64,000 bases of DNA from Clostridia bacterium (GTDB taxonomy: Bacteria > Bacillota > Clostridia > TANB77 > CAG-508): the NCBI GenBank assembly GCA_017510245.1, contig JAFWNQ010000003.1, positions 1,799-65,798 of the forward strand, written 5' to 3'. The notes below the pieces were generated by a model. That model worked only from the letters and a program-made list of their open reading frames with translations. It had not been told where the DNA came from and searched no databases. This document shows, one piece after another, positions 58,444 through 64,000 of this stretch; positions within the stretch are counted from its first letter, which is position 1, and each line of letters opens with the position of its first letter. Both the position numbers and the translations under genes were made by a program.

Positions 58444-59082
58444 ATGGAAAAGTATAAGAAAAAAATAAAGAATATCGTAATAAAAAATTTAAAATGGATA
58501 ATAGTTTTTGTGAGCTTAGTTAGTTTCTGCATGATTGTGGAGGATGTTATAGATGAAGATATTATGAGTACAGATTCAAAAGGCTATGCTTTTATTGTAG
58601 ATCACTTAATGTCAGACAGAGTAACTCCTGTTGCAAAGATAATAACAAACTTTGGAGGTGTTTATTGGCTGATTGGTTTTACCATTTTTTTACTAGTATT
58701 TATAAAGAATAAAAGAATTGGAGTTAGTATTGCGTTTAATCTTGTACTAGCAGCTTTAATTAATTTTGCTTTAAAATGTATATTACAGCGTCCAAGACCG
58801 GTAGAATATAGAATTATTGATGAAAAAGGATACAGTCTTCCTTCAGGACATTCAATGGTAAGTGTAGCTTTTTATGGATATATTATTTATTTAGTATATA
58901 AGTATGTAGAAAACAAATATGCCAAGTGGAGTATAATTACTCTTTTATGTTTATTAACTGCTTTAATAGGAATAAGCAGAGTATATTTAGGGGTTCATTA
59001 TACTAGCGATGTTTTAGCAGGAGGGTTAATTGCATTTGCTTATCTAATAACATACATTAATTTTATTAAGGAAGCAATTTAG
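58444..59082 (+). CDS. PAP2-family phosphatase
   Basis: K...RPRP, PSGH, SRVYLGVHY.SDV. Confidence 0.93.
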   Translation: MEKYKKKIKNIVIKNLKWIIVFVSLVSFCMIVEDVIDEDIMSTDSKGYAFIVDHLMSDRVTPVAKIITNFGGVYWLIGFTIFLLVFIKNKRIGVSIAFNLVLAALINFALKCILQRPRPVEYRIIDEKGYSLPSGHSMVSVAFYGYIIYLVYKYVENKYAKWSIITLLCLLTALIGISRVYLGVHYTSDVLAGGLIAFAYLITYINFIKEAI

Positions 59083-59105
59083 TAATAAACAATAAAGGAG
59101 AGCAG

Positions 59106-62006
59106 ATGGAAAAAGAAAGAGTGAAGTATTATGACAATATTAGAGGAATACTAATACTATTAGTTGTACTAGGTCATTTCTTATTTAATATTAAGGATAA
59201 TGGTAGCTTGTTTAGCATACTTATAAAAACAATTTATTTATTTCACATGCCTATGTTTGTTTTTATTTCAGGATACTTTAGTAAGAGTATATTTAATAAA
59301 AAAAAGTGTTTTAAGTATTTATTTTATTACATTATTATGAACACAATAATCATGACTTACTCAATTCTTATAGAAGGAAATCAGGCATCACTTCTTATAC
59401 CTTATTATTCAATGTGGTATTTAATTGCTTTAATAATATGGAGAAAAACTGCAAAGTGTTTTGGAAATATAAAAGGAATCATTAAAATTAGTATTATTAC
59501 ATCATTTTTAATAGGCTTCTGCACTGAAGTAACAAATGCTTTCGCTCTATCAAGGATAATATCATTTTACCCATTTTTTATTATAGGATTTAAATTACGA
59601 CAATCTACAATTGAAGAATTGTTTATAAAAAAAGATAAATACAAATTAATAATAGGATATATACTATTAATTTTACTTTCGGTATTATCCATAAAAATAG
59701 TACCAAGTATTAATTTTAATGAGTTTTTAATGGAACCATATGAATCATATAATAATGTTTTTAATAGATTAATAATATTCTTTATGGCCAGCTGCTTTAT
59801 GTTTGCAATACTTTTAATAGTTTCAAATAAAAGAATAATTGGAATTACTAGATTTGGAGAAAAATCTTTTTACATTTATTTATTTCATAGAATAACTATT
59901 TTAGTGATTTCATTATTTTACAATTCAAGCAAAAATAGTTTAGTAACATTAATGATTCTATTACTATCTTCAATAGCTATATGCATATTGTTTAGCTCAA
60001 ATCTTATCTCTAAATATACAGATAAGATATATGAAATTGTATATACAAGTCTTGAAGAACACAAAATGAAGACTGAAAGGTATTTTATTAAAGGAGTTGC
60101 GATTTGCATTATAATGTTTACTATATCAACAGCAGGGGTGATTCCTTGGATAAGAGATAGAAAAAATAGTAATTTCAATATTGAAGAAAACGAAGATATT
60201 AAATACGAAGTATTGAGTGATTATGAAAAGAAAAGAATAGATAATTCATTTTCTATTTTGTTTACAGGAGATCTTATTCTTCTAAAAGAACAAGTAAAAA
60301 GAGGATATGATGAAAAAACTAATAAGTATAGTTTTGAAGATATCTTTGAATATACAAAAAATTATATTAAAGATTCAAATCTAAGTATAGGTGTATTCGA
60401 AGGACCTATGGCATCTGAAGAAAAAGGATTCTCAAATAGTGACTTTGATGATAACACACAACTTTATCTAAATTATCCTGATGAATTTGGTGAAGCAGTG
60501 AAAAATGCTGGATTTGATTTAGTAACTCTTGCAAACAATCATATGTTAGACAAAGGAAAAGAAGGTTTAAACAGAACGATTGATGTTTTAGATAATTTAG
60601 GATTAACACATACTGGTGGATACAAAACGGAAGAAGATAGGGATAATATAAATTTCATTGAGAAGGATGGAATGAAGATTGGAGTATTATCTTACACATA
60701 TGGATGCAATTATCATAATGAAGAAGAATTAATAGAAGAAAAAACAATTCCACTTTTAGTGGATAAAAGTAGTAAAAACTATAATTCAATAAAAAGTATA
60801 GTTGAAAATGATTTTGAAAAACTGAGAAGCAAAAATCCTGATATTATTATAGTAATTCCTCATATGGGGACACAGTTTTCAACTGAAACAGATGAGTTTC
60901 AGGAAAGTTGGAATAAGGTATTTATAGACTTAGGAGCAGATGTTATTTTAGGAGATCATGCACATACTGTACAACCATTGGAGATTAGAAAAAATAAAAA
61001 TGATGAAGACGTACTAATAGTAAACTGCCCTGGAAATTTTGTTAATTCATATACTGAGAACAACGGAGATGCTACTGCTATGGTAGAAGTTTATATAGAA
61101 AAGAATACAGGAAAAATTATAGGAAGCAGTATAATTCCAATGTGGGTACAGTCAAGAATCAATGGAAATTACAGAGCTATTCCAATATATGAATTAGCAA
61201 AAAATGAAAAATTGAGAAATGAAATAAGTACTTATGAATTAGACAAGATAGAGGAGGTTTGTAAATTTATCACAAGGATTATGATAAATAAAGAAATAAA
61301 AATGGATTTGGTACAAGACAAAATGTATTTTTTGAGTGGTGGATATAAAAGGCAAAAGACAGAGAAGATAGATCTAAATATGAAGAGTAAAATAGTTGAA
61401 GAAATATATAATGCAGACAGTGTTTGCTTTATAGGCGATAGCGTAACAGAAGGAACTAAAAATGGTGGATATGGTTGGTATGAACCGCTGATAAACAGTT
61501 TCAATAATAAGAAAATAAGCAATATTTCAAAAGGTGGAGCTACAATAAAAACAATAACAGACGAATATTTGAAAAACAAAATACAAGCAGATTTATACAT
61601 AATTGCAATTGGAGCTAATGATATTAGATATAGAGATAGTAGCATTTGTGCAATGAATGAAAATGAATACACATCTGAAATTGGTAAATTGATTGAAAAC
61701 ATAAGCAATAATAGTAAGGCTAGGTTTGTATTGATCGCACCATGGATTTCTACTTCAGACGATATAGATAATTGTAAAGTTAGTCAAGAAGAAAAGAAAG
61801 AACTATACTACAACTATACTACAAAACTCGAGCAATTCTGTGATGAAAAAGGTTATATTTTTATTAATCCAAACGTAATCATTGAAGATACTTTGAATAG
61901 AGAACTATCTGACAAGTATTTAATAGATTATATACATCCAAATGTAATGAATGGAATAAGACTATATAGTGAAGCGGTTATGAATTCTAGTGAAATAAAA
62001 AACTAA
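59106..62006 (+). CDS. Acyltransferase-3 + CapA-type metallophosphoesterase + SGNH/GDSL fusion
   Basis: DNIRG..GH, FHMP.FVFISGY; TGDL, ANNH, PHMG, GDHAH, PGNF; GDS, GAND, DYIHP. Confidence 0.82.
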   Translation: MEKERVKYYDNIRGILILLVVLGHFLFNIKDNGSLFSILIKTIYLFHMPMFVFISGYFSKSIFNKKKCFKYLFYYIIMNTIIMTYSILIEGNQASLLIPYYSMWYLIALIIWRKTAKCFGNIKGIIKISIITSFLIGFCTEVTNAFALSRIISFYPFFIIGFKLRQSTIEELFIKKDKYKLIIGYILLILLSVLSIKIVPSINFNEFLMEPYESYNNVFNRLIIFFMASCFMFAILLIVSNKRIIGITRFGEKSFYIYLFHRITILVISLFYNSSKNSLVTLMILLLSSIAICILFSSNLISKYTDKIYEIVYTSLEEHKMKTERYFIKGVAICIIMFTISTAGVIPWIRDRKNSNFNIEENEDIKYEVLSDYEKKRIDNSFSILFTGDLILLKEQVKRGYDEKTNKYSFEDIFEYTKNYIKDSNLSIGVFEGPMASEEKGFSNSDFDDNTQLYLNYPDEFGEAVKNAGFDLVTLANNHMLDKGKEGLNRTIDVLDNLGLTHTGGYKTEEDRDNINFIEKDGMKIGVLSYTYGCNYHNEEELIEEKTIPLLVDKSSKNYNSIKSIVENDFEKLRSKNPDIIIVIPHMGTQFSTETDEFQESWNKVFIDLGADVILGDHAHTVQPLEIRKNKNDEDVLIVNCPGNFVNSYTENNGDATAMVEVYIEKNTGKIIGSSIIPMWVQSRINGNYRAIPIYELAKNEKLRNEISTYELDKIEEVCKFITRIMINKEIKMDLVQDKMYFLSGGYKRQKTEKIDLNMKSKIVEEIYNADSVCFIGDSVTEGTKNGGYGWYEPLINSFNNKKISNISKGGATIKTITDEYLKNKIQADLYIIAIGANDIRYRDSSICAMNENEYTSEIGKLIENISNNSKARFVLIAPWISTSDDIDNCKVSQEEKKELYYNYTTKLEQFCDEKGYIFINPNVIIEDTLNRELSDKYLIDYIHPNVMNGIRLYSEAVMNSSEIKN

Positions 62007-62026
62007 AAATAGAAAGGAGAAGGAAA

Positions 62027-62566
62027 GTGAACCTAAAAATAAGAAAAGGAGTAAAACAGGATGCAAAAGGAGTAGTTGAAGTAAATACATATACATGGTT
62101 AACAACATACAAAGGAATTATGCCTGAAGAGGTATTAAAAAACCGTGTTAAAACAATGGAACAAAGAATTCCAAAAGTAGAAAAATCTATTATAGAAGAT
62201 GATAATCTATATGTAGCTGTAGATGATGAAAGAGTTGTAGGAATAATAACATATGGAAAATCTAGAAATGAAAAATATTTAGATTCAGGTGAAGTATATT
62301 CTATATATGTATTAGACGAATATCAAGGACTTGGATTAGGAAAAAAACTGTTTTTGACAGGAATAAACGAATTAATAGATAAAGGATATAATTCTATGAT
62401 AGTTGATGTTGTAGATGGAAACAAAACTATTCACTTTTATGAAAAATTTGGTGGTGAAAATGTAGAAGATAGAATTGATGAATTTGGTACTTCTAAAATA
62501 ACTGAACATATTATGTTTTTTAATGACTTGAAAAATATCTATAATACATTTGCAGACATGCTATAG
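62027..62566 (+). CDS. GNAT N-acetyltransferase
   Basis: IYVLDEYQGLGLGKKL, FYEKFGG. Confidence 0.92.
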   Translation: MNLKIRKGVKQDAKGVVEVNTYTWLTTYKGIMPEEVLKNRVKTMEQRIPKVEKSIIEDDNLYVAVDDERVVGIITYGKSRNEKYLDSGEVYSIYVLDEYQGLGLGKKLFLTGINELIDKGYNSMIVDVVDGNKTIHFYEKFGGENVEDRIDEFGTSKITEHIMFFNDLKNIYNTFADML

Positions 62567-62599
62567 GGAACGTAAAATTATAGCAATAAGTATAAAAAT

Positions 62600-62614
62600 G
62601 CAACTAAAGGTTGC
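62600..62614. promoter_or_regulatory. Palindromic operator GCAAC-N5-GTTGC over a putative -35
   Basis: gcaactaaaggttgc directly upstream of an XRE-HTH gene. Confidence 0.6.
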
Positions 62615-62666
62615 TAGAAAAAAGAGTATTAATATCTTATAATACCAATTATAGGAGGTAAGATAA

Positions 62667-63674
62667 ATGAAGTTTTGTGAAAACCTTTATGCTCTAAGGA
62701 AAAACATGAATATTAGTCAAGAACAACTTGCAGAATTAGTTGATGTATCAAGACAAAGTGTTTCTAAATGGGAATTGGGAGAGTCATATCCAACAATAGA
62801 AAATATTTTTAAACTTTGTAATGTGTTAAATTGTAAAATGAATGAGTTAATTAATGAAAAATTAACGGATTTTGAATTGATGAGTAATGAAGTGAAGAGT
62901 ATAAAACAAGGATATGAGAGATTTCTAGGGTATGCAGATACATATGATGAGGGAAGACCTAAATTGCCTAGTAAGGCTATTGATATTATTAAAATGTATT
63001 TAGATAGAAGCATAGATACTATAGTTGATTTAGGAAGTGGAACAGGGCTATCAACTGAAACATGTACTTCTTATGCCAATAACGTGATTGGAGTAGAGCC
63101 TTCGAAAGATATGATAAAAAAAGCGAGAACAAAAGAAAATAAAAAAATGCATTTTATTAGTGGTTTTGGTGAAAAAACAGGTTTAGAGAATGAAATAGCA
63201 GATATAGTTATTTGTTCACAAGCTTTTCATTGGATGGAGCCAAATACTACTATAAAAGAAGTGTACAGAATACTAAAAAAGGGAGGTGTGTTTGCTGTGG
63301 TAGATGCAGATTATCCACCAATAATAAACAAAGAATTAGAGCAATTAAACAGTTATATACTAAGAAAAACAGCGAGATTAGAGGACTATGATAGTAAATG
63401 GTTAAGCAAAAAAAACGAACACCTTAACAATATTAGAAAAAGTGGACTTTTTGACTACTCAAGAGAAATATGTTTTGAACATATTGAAAAATATGACCAA
63501 GAAAGATATAAAAAATTTTTATTAAGTCAAAGTAGTATGCAACACGCAATAAAATATAATTATAATTTGATAATAGATGAATTAGACACTTTAGACGAAA
63601 AACTAAACAGAATTTTTAAAGGGAAAGATTTAAATGCTTTATATTCTTATAGAATGAGAATAGGAATAAAGTAA
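62667..63674 (+). CDS. XRE-HTH + class I SAM methyltransferase fusion
   Basis: SQEQLAE..VSRQSVSKWE; YDEGRP, VDLGSGTG, GVEPS, QAFHW. Confidence 0.88.
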   Translation: MKFCENLYALRKNMNISQEQLAELVDVSRQSVSKWELGESYPTIENIFKLCNVLNCKMNELINEKLTDFELMSNEVKSIKQGYERFLGYADTYDEGRPKLPSKAIDIIKMYLDRSIDTIVDLGSGTGLSTETCTSYANNVIGVEPSKDMIKKARTKENKKMHFISGFGEKTGLENEIADIVICSQAFHWMEPNTTIKEVYRILKKGGVFAVVDADYPPIINKELEQLNSYILRKTARLEDYDSKWLSKKNEHLNNIRKSGLFDYSREICFEHIEKYDQERYKKFLLSQSSMQHAIKYNYNLIIDELDTLDEKLNRIFKGKDLNALYSYRMRIGIK

Positions 63675-63815
63675 TCGTACCATAGGGGACGATGAATTTT
63701 TGTAATAGAATAACTATTATTAGTCTTTCTTAAAAAGAATAAATGCAAGTTGAAAAAAGACTTGTTATATTCTATAATATAAACTAATTAAATAAATTAA
63801 AAGTAGGAAAAAAAT

Positions 63816-64000
63816 ATGAATGAATTAGAGTTTTATGAAAAAGTAAAGAATTGGGAGTTTAGTATGATTAATTATACTAAAGAATGTCTCACTGATTGGG
63901 ATTTATATAAGTTATTAGAATTAAATGCTAATAAAGATAGTATATTATTAGATTTAGGAACCGGAGGAGGAGAAAAAGTAATTAGATATTTTCCGGATTG
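63816..64000 (+). CDS. Class I SAM methyltransferase (truncated by window end)
   Basis: MNELEFYEK...LLDLGTGGGE motif I. Confidence 0.8.
   Translation, partial: MNELEFYEKVKNWEFSMINYTKECLTDWDLYKLLELNANKDSILLDLGTGGGEKVIRYFPD

Noticed and set aside
1869-63013. Many antisense or overlapping ORFs in the track (e.g. 6827-7315, 30646-31176, 56603-57226, 61232-61708)
   Set aside because: They shadow well-supported genes, have Ser/Phe/Ile-biased antisense composition and show no motifs
1-64000. CRISPR array, rRNA or IS element
   Set aside because: No regular repeat-spacer run, rRNA signature or transposase motif was seen

Overview
AT-rich chromosomal segment of a spore-forming, anaerobic Clostridia bacterium. 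Evidence: spoIVA, spoIIM-xerD, tig-clpP-clpX, a trimeric NADH-linked [FeFe]-hydrogenase, polA, leuA and tRNA-Gln(CTG). The G|ITLVALVVTIIVLLILAG pilin-like leader resembles the uncultured TANB77/CAG-269-like gut clade (inference only). No CRISPR array, rRNA, IS element or intact prophage is seen. The most interesting signals are: (1) a catalytically degenerate, N-truncated ThrRS paralog overlapping a 727-aa coiled-coil orphan; (2) a type IV pilin-like leader fused to an intact class B sortase; (3) a self-contained ~240-nt structured transcript next to polA with a consensus sigmaA promoter, a 5' pseudoknot and a terminator; (4) an unannotated Leu/Ile leader-peptide attenuator before leuA; (5) a phage-type SF4 helicase paired with a membrane J-domain protein; (6) an acyltransferase-CapA-SGNH triple fusion; (7) a second ~150-nt rod-like ncRNA; (8) polA split by one in-frame TAA. 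All calls come from reading motifs by eye; no database search was run.
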